A DNA stretch of 64,000 nucleotides from Octopus vulgaris (taxonomy: Eukaryota). The notes below the pieces were generated by a model. That model worked only from the letters and a program-made list of their open reading frames with translations. It did not search any database and had not been told where the DNA came from. A program made the position numbers and the translations under genes. How positions within the stretch are numbered: position 1 is the stretch's first letter; every line of letters starts with the position of its first letter. This document shows, one piece after another, positions 1 to 12,659 of the stretch. Location: positions 117,056,001 to 117,120,000 of the forward strand of contig OX597823.1 in NCBI GenBank assembly GCA_951406725.2, written 5' to 3'.

Positions 1-57
1 TTTAATCCTAAATCTGATTTTTTCCCTGTAAATTTGGATTTATTCCCTAATATTTAT

Positions 58-113
<56 letters not shown>

Positions 114-419
114 TTGCGTGTACCCTTGTCGGGACTTCTCATGATAGTTATAAATGAGCATTGTCATCATTGTCATATGTTTTCAGTCTTCCATAAAAAT
201 CGTGTCTGGCCATAAGGAAATATTACCTCATTTAGAAACAGGTGAGTATTGATGACAAGAAGGCCATCCTGTCAAAGGAAATCTGCCTCAAAAAATTCCA
301 ACTGAACCATGCAAGCAGGGAAAAACAGAGATCAAATGACAATGAGGATGATTTACACTCACAGAGCAGAAGTGTCAAGACTGGTCTATCTCGTGGTGTA
401 AAGTACTTGTGGCAGTGCC

Positions 420-900
420 ATCTAGAAGCACCCATGCAGTGTCACATAAAAGTGCACATGTAGTGACATGTAAAAGTGCCTGTGCAGTGCTACGTAAAAG
501 CACCATGTCATGCCACATAGAAGCAGCCATGCAGTGCCACGTAGAAAGTGCCTATGCAGGGCTATGTTAAAGCACATGTGTGGTAGCATGTAAAGGCGCC
601 AGTGTAGAGCCACATACATGCACCAAGCACACACTGTGAAGTGGTTGGTGGTTATGAAGGGCATCCATCTGTAGAAACCATACCAAATCAGACTGGAGGC
701 TGGTGCATCCTCCCAGCTTGCCAACCCCAGTCGCACCATCCAGCCCATGCCAGCATGAACAACAGACGTCAAATTACGGTGGTGATGATGATGATGATGA
801 TGAGGAGGAGGAGGAGGAGGAGGAGGAGGAGGGGTAAGAGGAGGAGGAAGTGGGGGTGGTGACGATGATGATGCTGAGGATGATGATGATGACAATGACA
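420..900 (+). mobile_element. RTE-LINE 3'-UTR-derived repeat (family D) with internal ~24-bp tandem units and (ATG/GAG)n tail
   Basis: Same 3' sequence (GGCATCC..GTAGAAAC..CAGACTGGAG..CCATGCCAGCATG) as the tail of the RTE copy at 13778-15334; ends in a trinucleotide tail. Confidence 0.6.
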
Positions 901-1089
901 CAGAAAGCCAGCTCCAGCATTCACTCTTCAGAAGAGGAGAGGTTGCCAAATAAGCCAAACTTGCTATCTTCACTTCAGTTTTTGTGTCTGTCCTCACCAC
1001 TGCTGATAAACATCGGGTAATGACTGAAAGAGTACAATCACAAATACATGTATCAAAAAGCTGGTTACCCCGAAGGAGCTTTAGAGAAT

Positions 1090-1425
1090 GTTACTCAACA
1101 GAGTGCATAGCTCAGAAATCGTGGGTTTTTCTTTAGTTCAAACCATTAATTCTCCACAATGAGAAATTACAGCTCATGTACAGTGCTATGGACATGTGGT
1201 TAGAATATCACAAGAAATAATCACAAGATAGATTCTTCAAGCCAAACCACCTGAAAGGAGATCCATGTAGGGGCAGACTAAAAATGAAGTGATTTAATAA
1301 TATCCATAACCTCAGTTGATCAAGCTTGTGAATCCAGCTTGAAAGTCTTATGATGGTTGCTTCTGACAGGACCCAATGGAAGAGGTACCTGAGGACTGTA
1401 CTCCAATGAACCTCTCAGGAATAGT
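1090..1425 (+). pseudogene. Decayed RTE-clade LINE ORF C-terminus
   Basis: Manual translation gives YGHVVRISQE..ILQAKPPERRS.GRLKMK.FNNIHNLS..ASDRTQWKR with stops, matching the RTE GHVxR..GRP..W pattern. Confidence 0.5.
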
Positions 1426-1591
1426 GAGTGGGTGGGGAAGATGGATGGAGGGCTGAAAATTTATACTACCTACAATTCTGTTCAGTGTTCTGCTATTTCT
1501 ACCAACTTAGTATTTTTCATACTAAAAGGGTGATCTTCATCATCATCATCATCATCATTAATTTGTTACTTTAATATTTAGGGTTAGTTAT

Positions 1592-1806
1592 GGTGGGAAG
1601 CTGGCAGAGTCATTAGGATGCTGTGCAAAATGCTTGGCAGCATTTCATCCATTTTCATGTTCTGAGTTCAAATTCGGCCAAGGTCGACATTGCTGTTTTA
1701 TCGTTTCAGGGTCGATAAAATAAATACCATTTGGACACTGGACTTGATGTAATCGACTTAAACTCCCGCCTCCGAAATTGCTGGCCTTGTGCCAAAATTT
1801 GAAAGC
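1592..1806 (+). mobile_element. tRNA-derived SINE (SINE-A)
   Basis: B-box-like GAGTTCAAATTC; body shared with >15 copies in the window. Confidence 0.75.
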
Positions 1807-2996
1807 AATATTAGGGTTGGACAGTTCTGCAATGCTATACATCTCTAATTGTTTCAGTCCTTAGTCATTTACCTTGTTATATCCATTAACATTTTTCTAG
1901 AACTTCCTTCACCACTTTTTTCTAGATCTTCTTCGGTCTCTCTCTCTCTCGGTCTGCCCAAATGAAACCACCCCACAACAGAATTCCTAAATAACTATTG
2001 TTATTGTTGTTTAGCTCAAGGTCAGGTCTGATTCAGTAGACATATGATCAACAGGGATCTAGTCAGGCTCCTTTTTTTGTTTACCTGGAACTTCATTAAT
2101 TCAGTGTCTCCTTCATTTTTTAAGATGGTCGAATAGGATCTGAGGGAGCATTCATTGTTATTTTTAGCTGATCATCATGCAAAGAACTGTATGTAGCATA
2201 GGTCTCAAGAAGATATTGAAAAACTGTTATCTTTAGAATTATCATGTTTTCCTTTGTGTGTTTTTAATTATTTGTTTTTTTCTTGTTTTTTATTTTTAGT
2301 TTTCTGTTTAAAAGAAAATATCCTTAAATCTTGGTTATTTCTCAAGTTATTTATTATTTTTGATGTTGTTATGCTTCATAAAACAAAAAGCACAAAAAAT
2401 ATAGAAAAATATATTTTAAAAAAAAAACCCTTTCCAATAGCTAATTAGAGTTTAATTAGTCAGAAGTAATGAGATGAAGCAAAATAATGAACAGACGTTT
2501 CTTTACATTTGGAAGTTGGTGTGGGAGAGATGAAGAATTGGTTTGGAGAGTGTCTTTTGATCAAATTAGAATTCTGATGTTATATTAGACCACAATATAA
2601 TTGCTAGATAATGCAATTAAGGTAATCATAGCTTGTCTTAGGTTCCATTGTCTTTGAATGTATGTGTGTCTTCTTGGTTAGTATAATTTTTTAAAATTAT
2701 CCATTTCAGTTTTTGTCACTCTCATCAACATCATTTTCATCATCATCAAAAACAATTTCTGAGGACTTCTTCCATGTTTTTTCTCTCTTTTTTTTTTTTT
2801 TTTTACTTTTTCTTTTTGCTATTTGCTACACTCCTCAGTACCAGCAGTCAGAACACCATTATTATACCTTGTCCCCCTCCATCTCTCACTTTCTCCCCGG
2901 GACTGCCCATTCCTTTGTCCATTTATAACCTTCTTAATTAAAATGACCGACCATAGTTATTTTCAGACATCCTATCAAAAAGTACTTGGTGCTTTG

Positions 2997-3028
<32 letters not shown>

Positions 3029-3339
3029 TACCAAAGAAAGACACGGTGAAAGAAGAAAGACAGAGAGAAGTAAAGAAGTCATTAACTCTTTCAGTCGTAG
3101 TTTAATACTTTTTAATTAATTTCCAAGTTAAACTGAAATTAATGTGAACTTATAACAAGTGCAACTAATTTGTTTATTTATTTATTTCACATTGGTTTCG
3201 TCTGAAGAAAAGGAGAGTGCCCATGCTTTATTGGAGGCCTTTTCAGACTGCACAGATCAATTCATAATAACACCATCTGAACAGTTGCTGTTGCTTTACA
3301 TTTTTTTGGTGATAGTGGCACAAAGCCAGCCTTTTTTAA

Positions 3340-3511
3340 GGAAGGAAATAAATCGATTACATCAACCCCAGTGTTCAACTGGTACTTATTTTATTAAACC
3401 CCCCAAAGAATGAAAGGTAGAAAGATAGAATTTGAACCTAGCACATTAAGAACTGGAAGAAATGCCACTAAGCGTTCTATCTGTCTCTAACAATTCCACT
3501 AGCTCACTGCC
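3340..3511 (-). mobile_element. SINE-A, diverged
   Basis: Reverse-complement similarity to other SINE-A copies. Confidence 0.6.
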
Positions 3512-3754
3512 TTATTTGATGTAAATAATAGTTTTACAGTAGAAATGGTTTAATCTTCACAAAGTTCTGAAATTGTTATCTGTGACTACTACTATATACA
3601 TCCCATAAAGTGCTATAGTACATTCTGCCAATAGATGTCAGGGAAATTTTTAATAAATTAAAGCCTGATTTAATTAGATTTGCGTCGTTAGTAAATTCAG
3701 ACCTGATTCAAATTGATTTTAAGCTTCAATTGTAAGTCAAGTGAATTTAAGAGC

Positions 3755-4341
3755 TTAACCCTTTTAATCACAACCTGCCTGAAACCATACTTAGTTCTAC
3801 GAAATAAACTTCTTGTTTTATACTGATCAAAATTGAAACCTTCCATCAAACTTTTGTGTCATTTAGTTCCAAACACTAGTTTCATAATGATAGTTATTTT
3901 CCTAGATTCTTTATTATTTTCAAAATTAATTGAAACAAGAGCACTCAGAGAACACAAACCTCCGCCAAGGCAACACCAACGTCCTCTCAATGATTAGCCA
4001 GAGGTTGTTTTTAAAACGAGAATATCTGAAATAAACTCGACTGCTCTCACAAACGAGAATACTAAAAAATGAACCTGACCACTCTCAAAAATTAAGTAAA
4101 AAAAAACAGGAAAAATAATCCAGAATCCTTGTCTGGAACCAGATCGATCCCAAAATCTAATCAGTTTGTGCCAGTCATGAGGCCAAGCATCCCTGAAAGT
4201 TTCATCTGAATCCATCAAATGGTTCTTGTCCATGGACAAAAAAAACAAACAAACAATACTGAAAACAATACCTCTGCCTTTGCTAAGGTGGAGGTAACAA
4301 AGTTAATGTATTTCAATAGAAATATGGTAACGAAGGGTTAA
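3755..4341. mobile_element. piggyBac-like MITE (TTAA target duplication) interrupted by a Helentron-type insertion
   Basis: TTAA 3755-3758 followed by CCCTT; AAGGG followed by TTAA 4338-4341. Confidence 0.6.
3934..4301 (-). mobile_element. Non-autonomous Helentron/DINE-1-like element
   Basis: Minus strand starts TTGTTACCTCCACCTTAGCAAAGGCAGAGGT (hairpin), then a GTTT microsatellite; ends GGCGGAGGTTTGTGTTCTCTGAGTGCTCTTGTT; ACCTCCGCC-like motif near both ends; inserted in a T/A run. Confidence 0.55.
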
Positions 4342-4369
4342 GCAGAAATAACCAGGAAACTATGAACAA

Positions 4370-4812
4370 TGGTTCTTGGAAACACCATCCCAAAGCTGAT
4401 AAATACACAACACACTTATGTCCCTCATACACAGAAAGTTGGGGTTAGATATATAAAGAGAACTACTAAAAAACAACAGAGATTTAAAAGGGAGCATGAT
4501 ATGGGATATAGCAATCCACACAGACAGAGCAGTCAAAGCAGCTAGCTGACCAGATATTGTGATCAAGGACCACCAGAAATACCTCCTAATCAAAGTATTG
4601 ACCCCAACAATCAATAATATATCTTCTTGAAAAGAAAACCATGGAGCAATCATCCAGATATACAGACCTGGAAAAGAGCTACACTGAATATGGGGCCAGA
4701 TACAGAGCTATAATAATAAGGGCCTTGGAAGGGATCAAAAGACATGCAGACAAATACATGACACAATGTCCAACATACAGAAAATTACATTACTGGGAAC
4801 TGAAGACATATT
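4370..4812 (+). pseudogene. Restriction-like endonuclease (PD-(D/E)xK) remnant of an R4/NeSL-type non-LTR retrotransposon
   Basis: Translation MIWDIAIHTDRAVKAAS*PDIVIKD..LLIKV, then after a frameshift SRYTDLE..IIIRALEGIKRHADKY, resembling WD..TDR..NRPDIV..D..KY.DL..GALG. Confidence 0.65.
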
Positions 4813-5019
4813 GGTTTCAAATATTGGCACAAGGCCAGCAATTTTAGGGAGAGAGTAAGTTGATTACAATAATTCCCAGTGTTCAACTGATATTTTATCG
4901 ACCTCAAAAAGAATGAAAGGCAAAGATGACTTCAGCAGGATTTGAACACAGAGTGCAAAGACAGGAGAAAATGCTGCTATGACTTTTGCCCAACTTGCTC
5001 ACAATTCTGCCAGCTCACC
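4812..5019 (-). mobile_element. SINE-A
   Basis: Similarity to other copies. Confidence 0.65.
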
Positions 5020-6261
5020 AACCGAAGGCACTAAGGACATATTACTTAGAAAATTTTCACTGAAATAAAAAATATAAAATTAAAACAAACACTGCACATA
5101 TCCAAGGTGCACAGAAATGCGGTTGTTTGTCCAGTGCAAACATGGAAGACAATGCAACAAATGAAGAATAACAACTTCTGGTTATTACAAGAAAAAAGTT
5201 TGATGTAAAAGTGAATAAATGAATGGTAAAATTGATTCTTTAATGTTTTTGAATAACTTGTTTGAAGTATTCTTCAAGTAGATTTAATTATTTTCATAAG
5301 AAATTTCTTTGTGTTGTGTCTTCAACAATCCTCTGTGTAATTACTACACTATTACTTTAGACTCTTACCAAGATGGCATGGACAAAAACATGTCACCACT
5401 CTCTCTCTTTTTCGCTCTCTCTATCTCTCTCTCTCTCCATCTGCCTCTTGCTCTCCTCTTTTCTTCCTCCACCCATCTCTGTCTCCTACTGATATTTCTC
5501 TACTTTTTTCATATATATACCTTTTTCATAAGCAGACATACAGACAGACAGACAGTTAGATGAATAGAAAGATAGATATATAAAATGATAGATAGACAGA
5601 TAGACATGTATACACACACATGCACACATACATATACACACACATGCACACGTGCATATACTCACACATGTGCACACAATGTTAAGTTATACCTTACTTG
5701 CGGAAAATCGTGTGTGTGTGTGTGTGTGTGTGCATGCGTGTTTGCATGTGTCCAAGTATGTACCTTTCTTTCTCCCCATATTCATCATCAGACTCAGTTT
5801 TCCTCTTCTAGCAGTAGTGGATAAGTTTACCAAGACAACCTTCTCCAAGTCCTTTCCATATTCTATGAGAAAGTGCCATTTGCAGCCCATATTCTATGAG
5901 GCTGCAAACGGTACTTTCTTACCATCCCCCCCCCAACCACCTCCCATGTTTACTTAGACCAAGTCTGTATTCACTGGTCACTTGCTATAAAGACAATGTT
6001 ATAATCTTGCCTGACATGACTATCACTACTGAGCAAGAGTATCTCTGATCACAGTTGTTCTGTCTGAAACCATTTCATGCTTCTCTTCAGCATTGAATAT
6101 CAGCTTTAATAACATGACAGTGTACATTGAGGGACACTTGGGTGCTATTTCTTTAAAAACAAATGACCACCTAGGTGCTCCCTTTTAGCCTGGTTATAAA
6201 TAGCATTCTTCTGCTACCTGTAGAGCTTTCTCCACCATACAGTTTCTTCTTGATCTTCTGC

Positions 6262-6410
6262 CATCATCATCATCATCATCATCATCATTAATGCTGGTTC
6301 TTCCATGCTGGCAATGGTTGGACGACTTGACAAGAACTGGCAGTTTTGGTTTCGTTTCTATTGTTCGATGCCCTTCCTAATGCCAAGCACTTTACAGAGC
6401 GTAGTGGTAC
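6262..6410 (-). mobile_element. RTE 3'-tail repeat (family D), short
   Basis: (CAT)n tail followed by TTCCATGCTGGCAATGGTTGGAC..GATGCCCTTCCTAATGCC. Confidence 0.6.
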
Positions 6411-6456
6411 TTGTTAACAGAACATAAATGATCCATCAGTTGTGTTTATCACAAAA

Positions 6457-6851
6457 CTAGCTGTATCGTCTGGCGTTGCTTGGGTTTGTTTCAACCCTTT
6501 AGAATTGGAATTTTTGAAAAGTAAAAATTTGGCATTATGTAGCTTGTTATTCTCTTTAAGTGAACATTTTTCTGGTCGAAATTCACCGAAAAGTGGCAAC
6601 ACAGCAGTAAAAAAAATCATAAAAAATAGGGATTTTCATAGAAAAAAAGCACCTTTTTTATGTAAATAATTTTTGGTCTTAACATAGTCCGATTTGAATT
6701 TTTTCTCCTACGGAATAAAGAGCAAGCCTTCTTCTATCATACTCGCAATTTTGGTCAACTTGTGTCGCAGGGTCTCAGAGGAGATAGTGTTAGTTGAAGG
6801 CTACCAAACCTGCCACACACAGACAACTTCAGCTTTATATATAGAGAGAGA
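6457..6851 (-). mobile_element. Non-autonomous Helitron
   Basis: Minus strand begins TCTCTCTCTATATATAAAGCTGAAGTTGTCTGTGTG after an A; ends CCCAAGCAACGCCAGACGATACAGCTAG followed by T; A|T insertion with no TSD. Confidence 0.8.
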
Positions 6852-7307
6852 TAACAGCAGAAGTTCTTTTTGTATCACTTGTTTTATGCATTCCATATAA
6901 ACACGAGTGGTTTTTACAGTTACAATACCAAAATAGACTTCATGCATGAGTGTACACACACACACACATGCGTGCACAAGTGAGTTGGCAGAGTCATCAG
7001 AGTATGAGATAGAATGCCTTGTGGTATTTGTTTTTATACTCCAAGGTCAACTTAGCCTTTCATTCTCTTGGAGGTGATGGACTGGCAGAACTTTGAGTAC
7101 ATCCTACAGAATCGGTTGTCTTGCAATATCTGATCCATCTTTGTGTATTCTGACGGCAACATCTGCAACATCAACTGTGTTACACTGCAATGGCCATGCC
7201 ATATCCATAGAGCATACATTGGGGGCATGGAATTAGGAGACTTGCATGCAAAATTGTTAATCTTCCATCAAAACAATTGAAAACACCAAACCTTGTCCTG
7301 CACTTTC

Positions 7308-7493
7308 TTTACTCTTTTACTTGTTTCAGTCATGCTGGAGCACTGCCTTTAGTCGAGCATATTGACCCCAGGACTTCTTCTTTGTAAGCCTAGTACTTAT
7401 TCTATCGGTCATTTTTGCCGAACCACTAAGTTATGGGGACGTAAACACACCAGCATCAGTTGTCAAGCGATGTTGGGGGGACAAACACAGACG

Positions 7494-7534
<41 letters not shown>

Positions 7535-7535
7535 G

Positions 7536-7595
<60 letters not shown>

Positions 7596-7739
7596 TATAT
7601 ACGACAGGCTTCTTTCAGTTTCCGTCTACCAAATCCACTCACAAGGCTTTGGTCGGCCCAAGGCTATAGTAGAAGACACCTGCCCAAGGTGCGATGCAGT
7701 GGGACTGGTAAGCAAGCTACTTACCACACAGCCACTCCT
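7308..7739 (-). mobile_element. Bipartite SINE (SINE-B head, internal (TA/TG)n, conserved tail)
   Basis: Head with A-box TGGCTGTGTGG, a microsatellite, then a tail ending AGTAAAAGAGTA; same layout at 18061, 21294, 45401. Confidence 0.8.
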
Positions 7740-7885
7740 AGGCCTATCTTTGATGTAATATACCAAAGGAGCTAAATTTGTGGCTTTTACTTTCAGCTGT
7801 GAGGAAGTGGCTTCAAGTTGTGTCTAGTTTTGCTGTCTGTGTTGATAGATGTATTGTGTTGTGACATTAATACTCTTTCCATTAT

Positions 7886-8082
7886 TGGCAAACTGGCAGA
7901 ACGTTAGCGCACCAGGTAACATATTCAGTGGAATTTTGTCCATCTTTACACTGTGAGTTCAAATTCCACTAAGGTCAGCTTTGCCTTACATCATTTTGGG
8001 GTTAATAAAACTGGAGTCAGTGTAATCAATTTACCCACTCCCTTGAAATTGCAGGCCTTGTGCCAAAATTTGAAACCATTAT
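7886..8082 (+). mobile_element. SINE-A
   Basis: GAGTTCAAATTCC B-box and family body. Confidence 0.7.
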
Positions 8083-8737
8083 TAATCACCTAATCCTGTA
8101 GGGAATTCTACTCAAGATACAGCTTTTGTTTAACAATGTTTCTCTGTCAGATTCTGTTTTATGCCTTGTGAATCATGGGGAAGGTGGCGTATTAGGATGT
8201 TCACTGTCAGAGGTAGAATTGAGAAGTTTACAGCTTACGATTTTATAATCAAATTTATAAACCATGTCTTCAAGAAGACTGCAAAGGACTATAAAGATTG
8301 ATGGGGCTAAGAATTTTACTCTTCTGAACAAACTACAAACTCAAGAACTCAAGAGTATATTATATATATATATTTGTTACTTTTCATTTGTCTTGCTTGC
8401 TTATGTTTCTGGTGTGCTAAATTTTTCTGGAGAACAATTCTTAGTGGTTAAGACCATAGCGAATCTTCTTCTAGCATAAGGGTTTCCACCTAGAAGTTTA
8501 AAAAATCCCCACTTATGTTTATGTATGAAATACTATTTGCTGAATCTCAGTTTTTTTTTATATGCTAGACCACTGGTGTTAAAATTGATGTTATCAAATT
8601 AATATCCAATTTTTCACCCTCATTTTGATTTATATATATATATAGCATGAAAGGAATCCTATGATGGATACCTCTTATGTGTTTAAATGTACACTATATT
8701 TATATGAATTATATATATATATATTTATATATATATA

Positions 8738-8904
8738 TAGGCGTAGGAGTGGCTGTGTGGTATGTAGCTTGCTTACCAACCACATGGTTCTGGGTTCAAT
8801 CCCACTGTTTCGCACCTTGGGCAAGTGTCTTCTACTATAGCCTTGGGCCGACCAAAGCCTTGTGAGTGGATTTGGTAGACGGAAACTGAAAGAAGCCTGT
8901 CGTA

Positions 8905-8905
<1 letters not shown>
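8738..8905 (+). mobile_element. SINE-B head
   Basis: GGAGTGGCTGTGTGG..GGTTCAATCCC..CACCTTGGGCAAGTGTC, ends in (TA)n. Confidence 0.8.
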
Positions 8906-8981
<76 letters not shown>

Positions 8982-8984
8982 CAG

Positions 8985-9146
8985 GTGCAGGAGTGGCTGT
9001 GTGGTAAGTAGCTTGCTTACCAACCACATGGTTCTGGGTTCAGTCCCACTGTGTGGTACCTTGGGCAACTATATTCTACTATAGCCTCAGGCCGACCAAA
9101 GTCTTGTGAGTGGATTTAGTAGATGGTAACTGAAAGAAACCTGTTG

Positions 9147-9148
<2 letters not shown>
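8985..9148 (+). mobile_element. SINE-B head, second tandem copy
   Basis: Near-identical to 8738-8905, separated by (TA)n. Confidence 0.8.
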
Positions 9149-9199
<51 letters not shown>

Positions 9200-9632
9200 T
9201 TATTTATTTATGTATATGTTTGTGTGTCTTGCAGCCGTCCAAGAATTTGGACCTGGAGATCTCCATTTCCAGCGACTTTGAGGGCCACCTCCCAGTGGTG
9301 TTGGAAATGGAGATCTCAGAAGAAACACTAAGAGACAAAAAAACTACAGGGTACATATTTATTACTCTCAAAGGATGGGAGACAAAATTGATTCTATTGG
9401 GATTTGAACTCAGATCACAGAAGAAATATTGCAAGGTGTTCGACCTAGTACTTTATGGAGTCTGCAGCAAAGATTTGTTGATTTCCATTGTAATCCATGA
9501 TATCAGTAATCCTGGGTTCTATTCTGGCTAGTAGTGATTGTTTCACATGCATAATGTTAAATATGATAGTGCTCAGTCATAAAATTTGGTTATTCAAGAA
9601 TGAAGAATCTCAGGCACTGAATATCCGAATAA

Positions 9633-10129
9633 TCTCTATATCTATAAACAGCAAAACGTCTGTGTATCTGTGTGTCCTTTATACAAATCCACAGTTTTTC
9701 ACATAACAGGCTCGCATTTTCTATGGGCTTTCAAAACTGTCTGAGGGTGGTCATGAAGATCATTTCAGTTCCCCAGTCTCCCAGAAAGCCATTAAAAAAT
9801 TGATAAACCGACCCCTTATGCCCATAAGTTATTTTTCTGCCAAATTCCAGTTTTTTGCTTTCTTCTGCCTCCTATTTTGTCTGATTAATGGCATGGGCAC
9901 AGTCCTGCTAATTTTCCATGTATATACCATTCCAGGTGTGAAAACCAAAGTCCAATGATTATTAATTACTCTAATAAAAAGCTCCAACTATCTCATAAAC
10001 AACAAAACTGACCCAGGCTGAAATGTGATAAGAAACTTAGCTCTTGATTTAGTGAGAAATTTTTACTGCGACCCAGCAACGAACAACAAGCACTAGCTCT
10101 AGACCCGGCAACACCGGGTCATATGGTAG
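9633..10129 (+). mobile_element. Non-autonomous Helitron
   Basis: A|TCTCTATATCTATAAA start; 3' hairpin GACCCGG-CAACA-CCGGGTC followed by GTAG|T (variant of CTAG). Confidence 0.6.
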
Positions 10130-10626
10130 TGAATAATTATTGGTGTTGTACATTCAGGAACTATACATTCACAACAAGAAAATGAGCAGGTTATACAAGG
10201 GTTTGATATTTTTGCTTCCGTTAAACCAGTCTGTACTGCTTTTAGACAGTGTAGAGCGAATTTGACAAATAAATAGATAAATTAATCAAATAATTTGACA
10301 AACGCTTTAACCCATTTACTAATCAGATGATGCAAAGTTTTGGTAACTTGAAGACATTCACTGGAATTTCAAGTAGATCTATAAAATATGCAGCAATCTA
10401 ACAACCAGTGGTAACCTCAGTTTGTTGTGTAAGGCAATATTTCAGTTGCTTCTTGTGGCTATATAAGAGGCAGGGAAGAATTATAAGAAGAAGATGACTA
10501 AATCTTGTTAGGCAAGTTTAGGTGTAATGGCACAGGTTTACACAGGTGATAAAATATTGATTATTTACAGAAAGTTATCGGCAAATTTCTAGCTAAGATC
10601 TTCATTTTTCTTTTACTCATTCTTTA

Positions 10627-10664
10627 TATTATTATTATTATTATTATCATTATTATTATTATTA

Positions 10665-10734
<70 letters not shown>

Positions 10735-10787
10735 TGTTATTATTATTATTATCATTATCATTATTATTATTATTATCATTATTATTA

Positions 10788-10837
<50 letters not shown>

Positions 10838-10872
10838 ATCATCATCATCATAATCATCATTATTATTATTAT
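10627..10872. repeat. ~250-bp (ATT/ATC)n microsatellite
   Basis: Direct reading; source of the poly-Ile ORF. Confidence 0.95.
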
Positions 10873-11376
10873 CTTAATATTCTTAAGGTGAGAATGTCAA
10901 GATGAGAGAACTGACTGACTTTGAAAGCTGTTGATGAAATTATCAATAGACTTTTTCTCGTTTTCCTGTATACATTTTCCAAAACAAAACAACATATTCC
11001 ACTGCAACATTAGATTCTATTTTTGCTGATCATTCTGCATAATGGTTCCAATTTCTTGGACATTTTTATTTATTTGTTTATTGTTTCCTGTTTATTAAAT
11101 ATAATTTCAGTTGTATATCATCAAGTTCCATGAAATATTTCCCCCATAATTTCTCACACCAATATGAGCTGTCTAATCTCTAAATTGGCAAATTTTTGGG
11201 AGGAAGATATCTCAAATAACTTTTTTGACTGATGCAAAATGATTAAAGAACAAAATATGGTGTAAAAATGTTACCAAATTATTTAACCATTCCAGCCAAC
11301 CATTTCTTATCAACTCCATGTAGAAGAGAGGTTTAAAAAGCAGGGCATTGTTCAATCAGTTTGGAATAAAAAATCT

Positions 11377-11586
11377 TTTCTGCTCTAGGCACAAGGCCTG
11401 AAATTTTAGGGGAGGGGTCCAGTCGATTAGATTGCTCCCAGTATGCAACTGGTACTTAATTTGTTGACCCCGAAAGGATGAAAGGCAAAGTCGACCTCGG
11501 CAGAATTTGAACTCGGAACGTAGCGGCAGACGAAATACTGCTAAGCATTTTGCCCAGCATGCTAATGCTTCTGCCAGCTCGCCACC
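11377..11586 (-). mobile_element. SINE-A
   Basis: Low-divergence copy of the family. Confidence 0.8.
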
Positions 11587-11599
11587 TTGTTTGGAATAA

Positions 11600-11775
11600 A
11601 TAAAAAAAAAAGGATAGATACGACTGAGTGATTGAGGACTTTCCTTTCCAACCACATCGTTTTATTTTCAGTTCCCCTGCACAGCATTTTGTACAAGTGT
11701 CTCCTCTTATAGCCTTGGGGCCAAGCAAAACCTTGTGAATAAATTTCATAGATAGAAACTAAAAGAAACACACTA
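11600..11775 (-). mobile_element. SINE-B head, diverged
   Basis: Similarity to 8738-8905. Confidence 0.55.
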
Positions 11776-11818
<43 letters not shown>

Positions 11819-11827
11819 TTATAATTA

Positions 11828-12150
11828 TGGCTCAGTGGTGAGAGCGTCAGGCTCACAATCATGAGGTGGTGAGTTCAACTCCCAGATCAGGCTGTGTGTT
11901 GTGCTCTTGAGCAAGTCACTTTATTCCGTGTTGCTCCAGTTACTTGGTTGTAGAAATCAGTTGCAACACCACTGGTACCAAGCTGTATTGGTCTTTGCCT
12001 TTCCCTTGGACAACATCGGTGGCATGGAGAGGGGAGACTGGTATGCATGGGTGGTCTTCCACAAAAACAACCTTGCCCAGACATGTTCCTCAGAGGGGAA
12101 CTTTCTAAGTGTAATCCCATGGTCATTCGTGACCAAAGGGAGTTTTTACC
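11828..12150 (+). mobile_element. tRNA-derived SINE (SINE-F)
   Basis: TGGCTCAGTGG A-box, GAGTTCAACTCCC B-box, CTTGAGCAAGTCACT segment; homologous copy at 28972-29290 (minus). Confidence 0.7.
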
Positions 12151-12430
12151 GTTGTATGTGTGTGTGAGTGTGTGTGTGTGTGTGTTTATATGCACTCTCT
12201 GAAAGTGATGAGCAATGACTTATATTGTCGTTGACACTTTTCCTGTCGGCAAATCATCTACAAGCTTTGTTCCTTTGATGTTGTATGAAATAAAGCATCT
12301 CTTACATGGAAAACAGATAAGTGGTAAGAAGAACATTTGGCATTGGAACCATCGCTCCGTAATATATTCTTCGAACTTATGCTAGCATGAAACATGAATG
12401 TAAAAATGAACAGCTACAAAATAAATACAT

Positions 12431-12659
12431 ATTTCTTTATTACCCACAAGGGGCTAAACATAGAGTGGGCAAACAAGGACAGACATAGGTATTAAGTCGA
12501 TTATATCGACCCCAGTGTGTAACCGGTACTCAATTTATCGACCCCGAAAGGATGAAAGGCATAGTCGACCTCGGCAGAATTTGAACTCAGAATGTAGCGG
12601 CAGACGAAATACTGCTAAGCAGTTTGCCTGGCATGCTAATGTTTCTGCCAGCTTGCCAC
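12431..12659 (-). mobile_element. SINE-A, long-tail subfamily
   Basis: Tail CCCCTTGTGGGTAATAAAGAAAT shared with 24539, 39459, 48899, 54770. Confidence 0.8.

Noticed and set aside
10624-10860. Poly-Ile ORF and the many YIYI/CVCV/THTH ORFs across the track
   Set aside because: They are translations of (ATT)n, (TA)n, (TG)n and (CA)n microsatellites with no coding signal
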